Below the pieces are notes generated by a model that saw nothing but the letters and a program-made list of their open reading frames with translations, did no database searches and was not told the DNA's origin. A stretch of DNA of 64,000 nt from an uncultured Chloroflexia bacterium (GTDB taxonomy: Bacteria; Chloroflexota; Limnocylindria; Limnocylindrales; CSP1-4): NCBI GenBank assembly GCA_963752475.1, contig CAVVYR010000007.1, positions 608,570-672,569 of the forward strand, given 5' to 3'. A program made the translations under genes and the position numbers. This document shows, in pieces, positions 55,294 through 64,000 of this stretch; positions within the stretch are counted from its first letter, which is position 1, and each line of letters starts with the position of its first letter.

Positions 55294-55314
55294 GGAGAGC
55301 TGAGCGAAAGCGAA

Positions 55315-55391
55315 TGGTGGGCGACACTGGACTCGAACCAGTGACCTCTTGCATGTCAAGCAAGTGCTCTAACCAGCTGAGCTAGCCGCCC
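55315..55391 (-). tRNA. tRNA-Val(GAC)
   Basis: GGGCGGCTAGCTCAGCTGGTTAGAGC...CTTGC-TT-GAC-AT-GCAAG...GGTTCGAGTCC...TCGCCCACCA, 77 nt with encoded CCA. TGcTATCGT -10 at 55402-55410. Confidence 0.97.
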
Positions 55392-55500
55392 GAGTCAGTT
55401 CACGATAGCAAATCCAGCCCCACTCGTCATCCCGACATCCTGTTGCAGCTGCCCTGCCGTACGCTCGCGCGATCCGAGCCATCGAAGGTGGCGGTGAGGT

Positions 55501-55686
55501 CTACTCGTCCAGTAGCGAGTCCTCGATCGCGTCCATGAGCGACTGCAGCTCGTCCTGATAGCCAGCGAATGCTTCAAGCCATCGCTGGCGTTCCGCGTCA
55601 GTCATCGGCAGCAACTCGTCGCGAGTCGGGGTCATCTCTCTTGCGCCCGCAAGCCACTCGGCCTGGCGGTCGAAGCCATCGTCCAT
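55501..55686 (-). CDS. Small acidic hypothetical protein (61 aa)
   Basis: GAAAGGGA SD and TATACT -10 at 55755-60. MDDGFDRQAEW...QSLMDAIEDSLLDE. Confidence 0.55.
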   Translation of the reverse strand: MDDGFDRQAEWLAGAREMTPTRDELLPMTDAERQRWLEAFAGYQDELQSLMDAIEDSLLDE

Positions 55687-55968
55687 CGTCTGTGCCGATC
55701 CCTTTCTGGAGAAGCGCGTAGAGGTAGGCAAGTCCAACACCTCAGCCTTGACGAAGTATAGGAAATGCCACACGGGGATGGGCCACCGCTCTCGTGCCGA
55801 TCCGGCTGGCGCCATCCATAGTCGACGACGTTCTCAGACGACTTCGCGGTCACTACCGAGCGGTAGTGGCGCAGTCGAACCGTTTACGAATCACCCAATA
55901 CGGGTGTGGCCCTGACGCTCCGAGCGTGTCGCACTCGAACGGCCACATCCGAAGAGGGGCTCATACCG

Positions 55969-56289
55969 ATGTCGGCCATCATCCGTGGCTTCGTGCTCAT
56001 CGCGGTAGTCCTCGCGGTCGCAGGCCTCATCGCCTATCGCGTCCGCTCAGACAGCGACGAGGCCGTATGGAGATGCCGGCAGGACGGGACACCGCAGCAT
56101 CGACTCGATCTGATTCGCGGCCGGAGTCCGCAGCCGACCCAGATCCTCCCCGCGCACTCCGGCGCAAGGTCGAGGGCGACACTCCCGCGGAGACGAGGAC
56201 TGCCGGCCGAACCATTCGGCAGGAGGTCTCGCGTTCCGCTGCGGGCGACTGGGGGCCCGCCTCCGTCCGACCTGATCCGGTCGCGCTGA
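55969..56289 (+). CDS. Small membrane-anchored hypothetical protein (C-terminal part doubtful)
   Basis: GAGGGG SD and a clear TM segment IIRGFVLIAVVLAVAGLIAY. The remainder looks poorly coding. Confidence 0.4.
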   Translation: MSAIIRGFVLIAVVLAVAGLIAYRVRSDSDEAVWRCRQDGTPQHRLDLIRGRSPQPTQILPAHSGARSRATLPRRRGLPAEPFGRRSRVPLRATGGPPPSDLIRSR

Positions 56290-56488
56290 TCCTGTTGGAC
56301 GTGATGCGTCTGGCGGCCAGCATCGTCGTGGCAGCCGATGACAACGGTTTCCCGCGCAAGGTGGGTCGTCGTCTCGCCCAGCACGCAGCGCGACGCTACC
56401 GCGAACAGGTACGCACGCTCTCGCAGCTGGACTTCCTCTCGCTCGCGCGCGCCGGTCGCTCCTGGCGGTGCGCACCGTCGGGTCCAGC

Positions 56489-57544
56489 CTACGGAGCCGG
56501 GGCTTCGACCGCCGTCATCGGTGCCCAGGTCACCTCAAGCCGCACCGGAAGTCCGAGATCCTCCGCTGCGAGTGCGGCCAGCCTGTCTGGCGGCGGCGGC
56601 TCTTCGGGTCCCACGACCGTGACTTCGACGAGGACCGGGTCGGTCGAGCGGTCGATGTGCACGCCGCGGACCTTGAAGTCGGTGGCCCAGGTCTCGATGG
56701 CTTGGACGATGTCCGCACGCGTCACGCTCTCCTGGTAGCGGTCCCAGGACTGGTAGGCGAGTGGGATGGCCACGACGAGGAGGCCTAACCAGACGAGTCT
56801 GGTCGCGAGCGAGGCACTGCGCGCGCCCTCGAGGTCACGGAACGCCGCGAACCCGGCCGCGAGGAGCACGAACCCGGCCGCGAGGACGATGGCCACGAGG
56901 TTCGTGGCGAAGAGCAGCATGGCGCCCCAGGCGAGGCCCCAGTCGCCGAGGCCGATGGTGATGCCGATGGTGGCGAGCGGTGGCACCAGCGCGACCGCGA
57001 TACCGACGCCGGGCAGGGCACCGCTGGCCTCGGTCCGCACCGTCACGAAGCCGCCTGCGGCACCCGCCGCGAGCGCGATGAACAGATCGACGAGGTTCGG
57101 GCCGGTGCGCGCGAGCAGCTCACCCGGCAGCGGCAGCCCTGTGTTCAGGCTGGGGATGAAAAGTCCGGCCGCGATGCCGACACCGATGCCGGCGAGCGCA
57201 CCGGCCGCCACGATGAGCAGCGACTCGAGGGCCCGGCGGCCCCAGCCGTGCGTGATCGCCGCGGCGACCGCGAGGATGGGCGTCATCAGCGGCGCCACGA
57301 GCATGGCCCCGATGACCACCGCGGCACTGTCGTTGACGAGCCCGAAAGCGGCGATGGCGGAGGACAGCAGCATGAGCACGAAGAACTGCTGCAGGTAGGG
57401 GATCCGCTGCTCGCCCTCGAAGAAGAGTGCGTCGAAGATGCGGGCGCGCTCCTCGGGTGTGGCCGCCCGTCCGCGGAAGCCCAGCTTGCCCACCGGCGTC
57501 AGGCTCGACGGCATCGGCCGCGGCGGTGGCGGTTTCGGCGTCAT
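56489..57544 (-). CDS. DUF389 / TIGR00341 membrane protein
   Basis: GLVNDSAAVVIGAMLVAPLMTP, ELLARTGPN, GVGIAVALVPP, LFATN. Confidence 0.9.
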   Translation of the reverse strand: MTPKPPPPRPMPSSLTPVGKLGFRGRAATPEERARIFDALFFEGEQRIPYLQQFFVLMLLSSAIAAFGLVNDSAAVVIGAMLVAPLMTPILAVAAAITHGWGRRALESLLIVAAGALAGIGVGIAAGLFIPSLNTGLPLPGELLARTGPNLVDLFIALAAGAAGGFVTVRTEASGALPGVGIAVALVPPLATIGITIGLGDWGLAWGAMLLFATNLVAIVLAAGFVLLAAGFAAFRDLEGARSASLATRLVWLGLLVVAIPLAYQSWDRYQESVTRADIVQAIETWATDFKVRGVHIDRSTDPVLVEVTVVGPEEPPPPDRLAALAAEDLGLPVRLEVTWAPMTAVEAPAP

Positions 57545-57906
57545 CTCATCGGTTCCTCGCTGCTCCTGCGAACGTGCCCGGTATCCCGATCGCCATTCAC
57601 GCCGGCATCATCGTGCGGTTCGCGAGCGTGGCCTGCCGCGCCCTCCGCGGTGCTGACGTTCAGCGCAATGTCGCGCGACCCTCGGCGGCCGACGGTGCCG
57701 ACTCGGCTGCGTCGGTGGCCTTGCCGTCGTCAGCAGCCTTCGCGTGAGCGACTGTGGCAGCCTTCTCGGTCTCGGCAAGCTGGGCGCGGACCTCGTCGGC
57801 GATGATCGAGAGGGCCTCCACGCGCGCCTGCGCCAACGGCCAATGCCGAGGTCGCTTGGCCCCCGCCGCTCGTCGGAGTGTTGTCAATAGACCGCCGTGT
57901 CCGCTC

Positions 57907-59415
57907 TCACGATCCAGTGCCACTGCCGCGCACGGGTTGGCCGGGGAATACACCGTCGACTGTTTCGGAATCTTTCACCATGACGGTGCCGTTGACCAGC
58001 ACATACGGAATGCCGGTCGAGGGAAGGCCACCATCCTGCATCGTGGCCATGTCCTTCACGGTCGCGGGGTCGAAGATCGTGATGTCGGCATCCTTGCCTG
58101 CTTGGATGCGACCCTTGTTCGCCATCTGCGGAACACCGTTGTTCTCCAGGTAGTCCGCGATCATGTAGGTCATCTTGGAGATGGCGAGCGAGATCGGGAT
58201 ATCGACCTTCTTCTCACGCACCTGAGCGAGCATACGAGCATGCGTGCCAGCGCCGCGTGGGTGCCCGTTGACCGAGTCGAAGGCTGTATCCCAGTCGATC
58301 GCCAACTTCCCAGTGTCGCGAATCGTGTATGGGAACGCGTCACTGCCCACGACCGACGACGGGTGCGCCAAGCCATGCAGGACATCCGCCTCCTGGGCGT
58401 TGTAGAACATGATCGAGGTCATCGGGCTGGTCTTCACCAGTTCGTCGTACCGGTCCTTCGTCAGCGGCGTCAGAGTCGAGGTCTCGATGATCTCCTTGTA
58501 GCTCCGGCCCATGTTGGGCCCGTAGTTCTCAGGAACCAGGTAGTCAGCGCAGACGACGCTTGCGCCGTAGTCGTACGGGTAGAGCTCGGCCAGGACGTGG
58601 ATACCCTTCGCCCTTGCATCATCGAGCAACTCCAGTGCCGTGTTCGTGTCCCGCAGTGTCTGGGCCGACATGTGTTGGAACACGATCCCGCCGCCGTACA
58701 CCTCCTGCGGGGCCATCATCTCGAAGAGCGCAAGGAGCCCGCTGGTCGGTGCCATCTGGCTCGAGAACCGGGCGTGGACGAACGACGATTGGCCGTACTT
58801 CCCGGCAAGTCTCTGAACGATCACGGACTCCTGCTGAGAGCAACCGGCCGTCATGTAGCCGACTGCATGCCCGACTCCGATGGAGCCCTCCCGGAGGCCC
58901 TCTTCGATCAGTCTCTCGAACTGCTCGATCTGCTCCGGGGTCGCATGGTCCTTCGACCACTTCATCGACGTGCGCGACTCTTTGGGATCGCCGAGAGCGT
59001 CGAGGAGCATGTCGCCGTGGAACAACTCGGTGTAATCCGGGTTCAGGACGTTCTCACGGATTGGGATCGAGCCGACAGAAGCTCCGTAGTTGGTGCGCGA
59101 TTTGCCGTCCAGTGCGTCGTACCAGTCCTTGACCGGATAGACCCCCATCTCGAGCTCCATGGGCGTCGTCACCCCATCCCTCAGGGCTAGCTTCTGACCG
59201 AACGGGTACCCCGCATTGTGGTGATGCATGTCCATGAAGCCCGGGCAGACCACGTGACCCGTAGCGTCAATGGTTTCGGTTCCGGCGATTTCACCATCGG
59301 TGACGGCAACGATCTTGTCGCCAACGATGCCAACATTGCGCAGCGCATCGAGACCGGTCTCAGGATCGATCACCCTGCCACCGGTGATGACCAGGTCGTA
59401 GCGTTCAGTTGTCAT
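57907..59415 (-). CDS. Amidohydrolase, N-acyl-D-amino-acid (D-glutamate) deacylase-like
   Basis: GGRVIDPETG, PGFMDMHHH, DGVTT, FVHAR, GSDA, GHPRGAG, GKDADITIFDP. Visibly lower GC than the core genes. Confidence 0.88.
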   Translation of the reverse strand: MTTERYDLVITGGRVIDPETGLDALRNVGIVGDKIVAVTDGEIAGTETIDATGHVVCPGFMDMHHHNAGYPFGQKLALRDGVTTPMELEMGVYPVKDWYDALDGKSRTNYGASVGSIPIRENVLNPDYTELFHGDMLLDALGDPKESRTSMKWSKDHATPEQIEQFERLIEEGLREGSIGVGHAVGYMTAGCSQQESVIVQRLAGKYGQSSFVHARFSSQMAPTSGLLALFEMMAPQEVYGGGIVFQHMSAQTLRDTNTALELLDDARAKGIHVLAELYPYDYGASVVCADYLVPENYGPNMGRSYKEIIETSTLTPLTKDRYDELVKTSPMTSIMFYNAQEADVLHGLAHPSSVVGSDAFPYTIRDTGKLAIDWDTAFDSVNGHPRGAGTHARMLAQVREKKVDIPISLAISKMTYMIADYLENNGVPQMANKGRIQAGKDADITIFDPATVKDMATMQDGGLPSTGIPYVLVNGTVMVKDSETVDGVFPGQPVRGSGTGS

Positions 59416-59970
59416 TCGCGTACCTCGCTTGGTTGCCGGGTGTTCGTTTGTCGCGCTTTGCTGAAGCAGGTTCGTGCTACCGCTGTCGTCCTGGTCGGAC
59501 GTCAGACCGATGTTCGACGTTCGGGCAGTTCCCAACCAGTATCGCAGTCCGCAAGGAAACGAAAGCCGCTTCGTGGGGTGAACCGGCATCACCCCAGGGT
59601 GAAACCCGCCAAGCACCCGGCATCCTTTCACTGGGATGACCGAGATGCCTGGTGACAGCCTTCAGCACCTACGCCGTCCACCACTCGGAGCTTCGTGGCG
59701 CAACAACAGGACCCATCGATCATCTGGGGTTTGAGAGGCCGCGCCGGAATTGCCGCGTAGGCGGAGGGATCGCGAGGCGGCCTCGCGTCGGGAAGCGCAC
59801 AGCGTGCGGAAACCAAGTCCTCCGTACGCCCTCGAGGTCACACGCGACGCCAGTTGCGGCTGCGATCTGCTCGCAGGGCCGTCTGGTGCCGAACGAATCG
59901 GGCCACAATTCCCGATCGAAGGCTGAAGTCGGGTCGAGTACGTCGAGATCCTGGCGTCCTGGCGGACGGC

Positions 59971-61431
59971 CTAGGAGCCTGCGTTCGTAATCGCTGGCCT
60001 GGCGACATCTGGCTGAGTCGCAGGGCAGGTTCCGCTCGTGCGGGCCACATCCTGCTGCGGGCAGGCGGAGGATGGACTCCCATCACGCCATCCGAGGGCC
60101 TTCGTGGCCCTGGCCTGACCTTTGGGGCGGTCCCAGCCGGGCAGGACCCGCCCGGCGCGACCACTGCGGAACAGCTTGGCGAGGTCGTGCACGGCACAGA
60201 CGAGGTGCCATTCGCCGGTGACCTTGGCCCTGCCCCGCAGGCTGAAGCGGCGGAAGCCGGTGGCCTCCTTGATCTGGCCGAAGACCGGCTCCACCGATGT
60301 CTTGCGTCTCGCGTACTCGGTCCGGCCCGCCTTCGTGGTCAGCTTGCGCGCCATCCGGTCGCGGGCTGTGGTTGCGGTGGGGATGCGACCCCTCGGTGCG
60401 GCCGGTCGTGGGGCGCTGTGGCGATCGCGCCGGACCGCGACGTAGGCGTCGATGCCCCGTTGCGCGAGGTGCTCGAGGTTGTCGTCGGACTGGTAGCCGG
60501 CATCGGCGAGGAGCCGTCGGGGGCGTCGGCCGGTGTTGGCCTCGACCTGGTCGGTGAGCGCGGGCAGCGATCCGGTGTCGGTCGTGCTCGTCTCCACGCT
60601 CGTGGCCACGATCACCTGGTGGCCCGTGTCGACGACCGCCTGCACGTTGTAGCCCTGGACCCAGCCATCGGGCCGGCTGGGCATGATGCGTGACTCGGGG
60701 TCGGTGAAGTTGCGCTGGGCCCGCGGCTCGGGCACCGCCTCGGGATCGTCACTGCGTTCCCTCGCTTCCTCCTCGAGGGCGGCCCGGGCCTCGCGGATGG
60801 CGCGCAAGCGGCCCTCGCGCGTGCGCAGCGCCGCTGGCAGCTCGTCACCGCGGGCGTCCCCGTACTCGGCATCCTCGGCCGCGTCGATGGCCTCGGCTTC
60901 TTCGAGGATGCGCTTGACCTCGGCCGCCAGCGCCGCCTCGCGCTCGTCCATGCGGGCATAGCTCATGGCCTTGTGCTTGGACGCGTTCGCCTTGACCTTC
61001 GTGCCGTCGAGCGCGACCCGCCCGAGTCGCACCAGGCCCGCGGCCTGGCAGAGGTGGAGGATGTCGAGGAAGAGCGCTTCGAAGGCCTCGAGATGACGGC
61101 GGCGGAACTCGCCGATGGCCTTGTGGCCCGGACGCGCATTGCCCGCGAGGAACATGAAGCCGACGTCGCTCTGCAGCCGGGCCTCGAGCTTGCGCGAGCT
61201 GCGCACCCCGACCGCATAGCCGTACAGCAGGACCTTGAGCATCATCGCGGGGTGATACGGGGGCATGCCCCGGGGCTCGTCGTGGGCCGCGAGGAAGGGG
61301 GTCAGGTCCAGGTCGTCGACGAGGTCGCTGATGAAGGCCGGCAACGACTCGGGATCGACCCAGTCACGCACCGACGGCGGCATCAAGAGGAGCGTGTCCT
61401 GGTCGTATGGTCGGAAGGTCTTGGTGCGCAT
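59971..61431 (-). CDS. IS1182-family DDE transposase
   Basis: PPYHPAMMLKVLLYGY, SSRKLE, LDGTKVKANAS, NFTDPESR, GYNVQ, ADAGY, VEPVFGQIK. Confidence 0.94.
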   Translation of the reverse strand: MRTKTFRPYDQDTLLLMPPSVRDWVDPESLPAFISDLVDDLDLTPFLAAHDEPRGMPPYHPAMMLKVLLYGYAVGVRSSRKLEARLQSDVGFMFLAGNARPGHKAIGEFRRRHLEAFEALFLDILHLCQAAGLVRLGRVALDGTKVKANASKHKAMSYARMDEREAALAAEVKRILEEAEAIDAAEDAEYGDARGDELPAALRTREGRLRAIREARAALEEEARERSDDPEAVPEPRAQRNFTDPESRIMPSRPDGWVQGYNVQAVVDTGHQVIVATSVETSTTDTGSLPALTDQVEANTGRRPRRLLADAGYQSDDNLEHLAQRGIDAYVAVRRDRHSAPRPAAPRGRIPTATTARDRMARKLTTKAGRTEYARRKTSVEPVFGQIKEATGFRRFSLRGRAKVTGEWHLVCAVHDLAKLFRSGRAGRVLPGWDRPKGQARATKALGWRDGSPSSACPQQDVARTSGTCPATQPDVARPAITNAGS

Positions 61432-61485
61432 GACTGATTCTGGCATGTGCCAGACTCGGCCGGTGACCATTACCGACGCAGGCTC
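59975..61485 (-). mobile_element. IS1182-family insertion sequence, apparently intact
   Basis: 17-bp terminal inverted repeats GAGCCTGCGTTCGTAAT / GAGCCTGCGTCGGTAAT (2 mismatches), flanked by CTAG at 59971-74 and 61486-89. Confidence 0.92.
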
Positions 61486-63276
61486 CTAGTGCTGGCCATG
61501 TGCTCCCTTCCTGCCGGGTGTCTTCTCAGCGCTGCCCGATCGCGGTCCGCGCGCGTCGGTTTCGTCCTCGATCAGGTCTTCGACGGCCGCGTACACCTCC
61601 GGGTAGACGCCGGGAGTACCGAGACGACCGAGCACCCCGTCGGCCTCCAGCACGCGCATGATCTCGCCGCCCTTGACGCGGGCGAGGCGGATGTCGATGT
61701 CGTTGTAGCCGGCCAGATCGATGACCTTGCCGATGGCCTCGGACGCCTGGGAGTCGATGAAGTTGATGCCCTCGAAGTCGAGCACGATGGTGCCGATGGG
61801 CGGGTCGGCGTCCTGGACGAGCTCGCGCAGCCGATCCTCGGGGGCCTCGGAGTTCGCGAAGTAGAGACTCGAGTCGATGCGCATCACGAGCAGGCCCGGA
61901 TAGGTGGTGACCTCCGGCTCGTCATCCACGCTGCGGAAGGCCCGGGTGCCGGGCCTGCGACCGAGTTCCGGCATGGCGGGGCTCGCGCTGATGTAGATGA
62001 GGTAGCCGAGCGAGAGGAAGACGCCGATCACGACACCGGCCAGCACGCCGGCGGTCAGGACGCTGACGAGCGCGATCATGGCGATCCAGAAGTCCGTCCG
62101 CAGCACCCGGTACAGCCGCCGCATCTGCGGCACGTCCATCATGCCGCTCACCACGGCCTGGATGATGATCGCCGCGAGCACCGCCGTGGGCAGGTCCGAG
62201 AACAGCGGCGCGAGGAGGATCATCGTGAGCACGACCACCGCACCGGTGGTCAGCGACGAGAGCTGTGTCTTGGCGCCCGAGCTGTCGGCGAGCGAGCTCG
62301 CAGAGAGGCTGGTGGACACGGGGATGCCCTGCAGCAGGCCGGAGCCGATGTTGGCTGCACCCTGCGCCACCGACTCCTGGTCGATGTCGACCCTTGCGCC
62401 GTGCTTGGAGGCGAACGAGCGGGCATCGCCGGCGGTCTGCGAGAACCCGATGAGCAGCAGTCCGACGGCCGCGGTGAGGATGACCGTGATGTTCTGGCCC
62501 ACGAAGTCCAGCTCGGGGAAGGCGACCGAGGGCAGGCCACGCGGGACCTCGCCGATGAGCGCCAGGCCCCGGTCGCCCAGGTCCAGCACCACCGACGCCA
62601 CCAGGCCGAGCACGAGTAGGACGAGCGCGCCGGGCAGGCGCGGCGCCACCACCTTGAGCCCGAAGATCAGGGCGAGCGAGGCCACACCGACCACGACGGT
62701 GGTGAGGTCGGTCGCCGAGATCCCCTCGAACCAGCTCAGCAGCTTCTGCCAGGAATTGGCGCCTTCGGCCTCGGTGCCGGTGATCTTGGGCAGCTCCCCG
62801 ATGACGACCTCGATGGCGGCCCCGAAGAGGAAGCCGGTGATGACGGGCTTCGAGAGGAACTGGCTGATCCAGCCCATGCGGAAGAGCCGCAGGACCAGGA
62901 ACATGAGGCCCGACGTGATGGTGACGGCGGCCACGAGCGCGACCGCATCGTCGCTGCCGGCGGCGATGCCGGCCGAGACCAGCGCACCGGCGGCGACCGC
63001 GGCCAGCGCCGAGCTGGGCCCCGTCGCGATCTGGCCCGTGAGCCCGAAGATGGCGTACAGGATCGCGCCCGCCGCCGCGGCATAGAGCCCGTATTCGATG
63101 GGCACGCCGGCGATGCCGGCGTAGCCGAGGGACTTGGGCACGACGAGCGCGGCGACGGTGATGCCCGCGATCAGGTCGGGGCGCAGCCAGGTGCGCTGGT
63201 AGCGCGGCGCCCACGAGAGGATGGGCAGGAACCGCGTGAGCCCCGATGCTCCGTTCCTGGCTGACGGGCCGCTCAT
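61486..63276 (-). CDS. SulP family anion transporter with STAS domain
   Basis: DLIAGITVA, GLY, FLSKPVITGF, QESVAQGAAN, then STAS LYFAN and FIDS. Confidence 0.94.
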   Translation of the reverse strand: MSGPSARNGASGLTRFLPILSWAPRYQRTWLRPDLIAGITVAALVVPKSLGYAGIAGVPIEYGLYAAAAGAILYAIFGLTGQIATGPSSALAAVAAGALVSAGIAAGSDDAVALVAAVTITSGLMFLVLRLFRMGWISQFLSKPVITGFLFGAAIEVVIGELPKITGTEAEGANSWQKLLSWFEGISATDLTTVVVGVASLALIFGLKVVAPRLPGALVLLVLGLVASVVLDLGDRGLALIGEVPRGLPSVAFPELDFVGQNITVILTAAVGLLLIGFSQTAGDARSFASKHGARVDIDQESVAQGAANIGSGLLQGIPVSTSLSASSLADSSGAKTQLSSLTTGAVVVLTMILLAPLFSDLPTAVLAAIIIQAVVSGMMDVPQMRRLYRVLRTDFWIAMIALVSVLTAGVLAGVVIGVFLSLGYLIYISASPAMPELGRRPGTRAFRSVDDEPEVTTYPGLLVMRIDSSLYFANSEAPEDRLRELVQDADPPIGTIVLDFEGINFIDSQASEAIGKVIDLAGYNDIDIRLARVKGGEIMRVLEADGVLGRLGTPGVYPEVYAAVEDLIEDETDARGPRSGSAEKTPGRKGAHGQH

Positions 63277-64000
63277 TCGTGGGCCTCGATGCGGCCGTCG
63301 CGGATCGCCCCGGTGAAGGCCTCATAGTCGCGGTCGTTCTGGTCGGCGTAGGCGACGGCGAAGTCGGCGATCGCCCGGTCGAAGGCGTCCCCTTTGCCGA
63401 GATAGCCAGCGATCGTGGCCGGCTCCCCCGCGCGGGCGTGGGCGTGGGCGAGCGTCCAACCGCACAGCTGGGCGTATCGACGCATCGACCCGAGGGGCGC
63501 GCTCTCCACTTCGAACGAGCCCTTCATATCCTTGAACTGGCGCCAGTAGTAGTGGGTGCCGGAGCCGCCTCGCTGCCAGCCCAGGAAGCTGTCACTCGTC
63601 GCCTGCATCAACCGCTGCCCCTCGACCACGCGGCGACCGTGCTCGTCGTAGACGCTCTGGGGCAGATGGTCCTCCAGCACCGACCGACCGGCCTCCTTGA
63701 TCTGCAGGAACAGCGGGTCTCGATCGTTGCGGCCTTCCAGCAGCACGATGAAGCATCTTGTGCCCACCGAGCCGACGCCGACGACCTTGATGGCGAGGTC
63801 GCGGAAACGGAAGCGGCGCAGCAGGACGCCGATGTGGTCGGGGACCGAATTGAGATAGGCCTCGAACTCGGCCTTGAGCTCAGCGTCGATCGTCTTGGGG
63901 CCGGCGCTGCGGGGGACATCGCGCAGCGGCACGATGAGGGGCGGCTGGGAGGCGATGCGAACGCCATCCCCTGACGCCTCGGCCAGCTTGTCGAAGGCAT
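63273..64000 (-). CDS. DUF2252 family kinase-like protein (N-terminus outside the window)
   Basis: PPLIVP, KVVGVGSVGTRC, LFLQIKEA, GRRVVEGQRLMQ, YWRQFKDMKGS, LAHAHAR, YADQNDRDY. Confidence 0.9.
   Translation of the reverse strand, partial: AFDKLAEASGDGVRIASQPPLIVPLRDVPRSAGPKTIDAELKAEFEAYLNSVPDHIGVLLRRFRFRDLAIKVVGVGSVGTRCFIVLLEGRNDRDPLFLQIKEAGRSVLEDHLPQSVYDEHGRRVVEGQRLMQATSDSFLGWQRGGSGTHYYWRQFKDMKGSFEVESAPLGSMRRYAQLCGWTLAHAHARAGEPATIAGYLGKGDAFDRAIADFAVAYADQNDRDYEAFTGAIRDGRIEAHE

Noticed and set aside
55315-55391. tRNA-Val as an att site for an integrative element
   Set aside because: No integrase and no duplicated tRNA 3' end found in the window.
56235-56470. GDWGPASVRPDPVALILLDV resembling an alpha/beta-hydrolase remnant
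   Set aside because: Too short and mis-spaced, with no start or SD. Cannot be supported without a profile search.
57660-57850. Ala-rich minus-strand ORF fragment (..ALSIIADEVRAQLAETEKAA..)
   Set aside because: It may be a gene remnant, but it has no convincing start or recognisable family.

Overview
High-GC bacterial chromosome segment. Gene style, Gram-positive-type SOS box and gene order suggest Chloroflexota; this is an inference and was not tested. About 1-53 kb is mostly core genome: hflX-miaA-miaB, PHP, ymdB, rny, recX-recA, tgt, an ABC exporter pair, ruvBAC-yebC, a second EF-G, ettA, a divergent hisA / TrpR-like regulator-hisGDCBHF(IE) locus, AraC plus an Old Yellow Enzyme-type reductase, tyrS, a class A PBP, mutS2-mpg-cvpA-pheTS-rplT-rpmI-infC-thrS and treS-glgX. 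After tRNA-Val(GAC) comes an accessory region with DUF389, an amidohydrolase, an intact IS1182-family element, SulP and DUF2252. No CRISPR, prophage or obvious defence system is visible. The most interesting signals are small and regulatory: (1) a leaderless Tyr-containing 13-codon uORF coupled to tyrS; (2) an anticodon-like CGU hairpin in the thrS leader; (3) a TGT with a queuine-type pocket and no adjacent queA; (4) an internal LexA-type box that may drive ruvB through recA/recX; (5) a palindrome-rich operator candidate for a TrpR-like his regulator; (6) a structured rny leader; (7) an unannotated basic 52-aa ORF before recA; (8) several orphan secreted proteins. Four single-base insertions in three genes look like sequencing errors.
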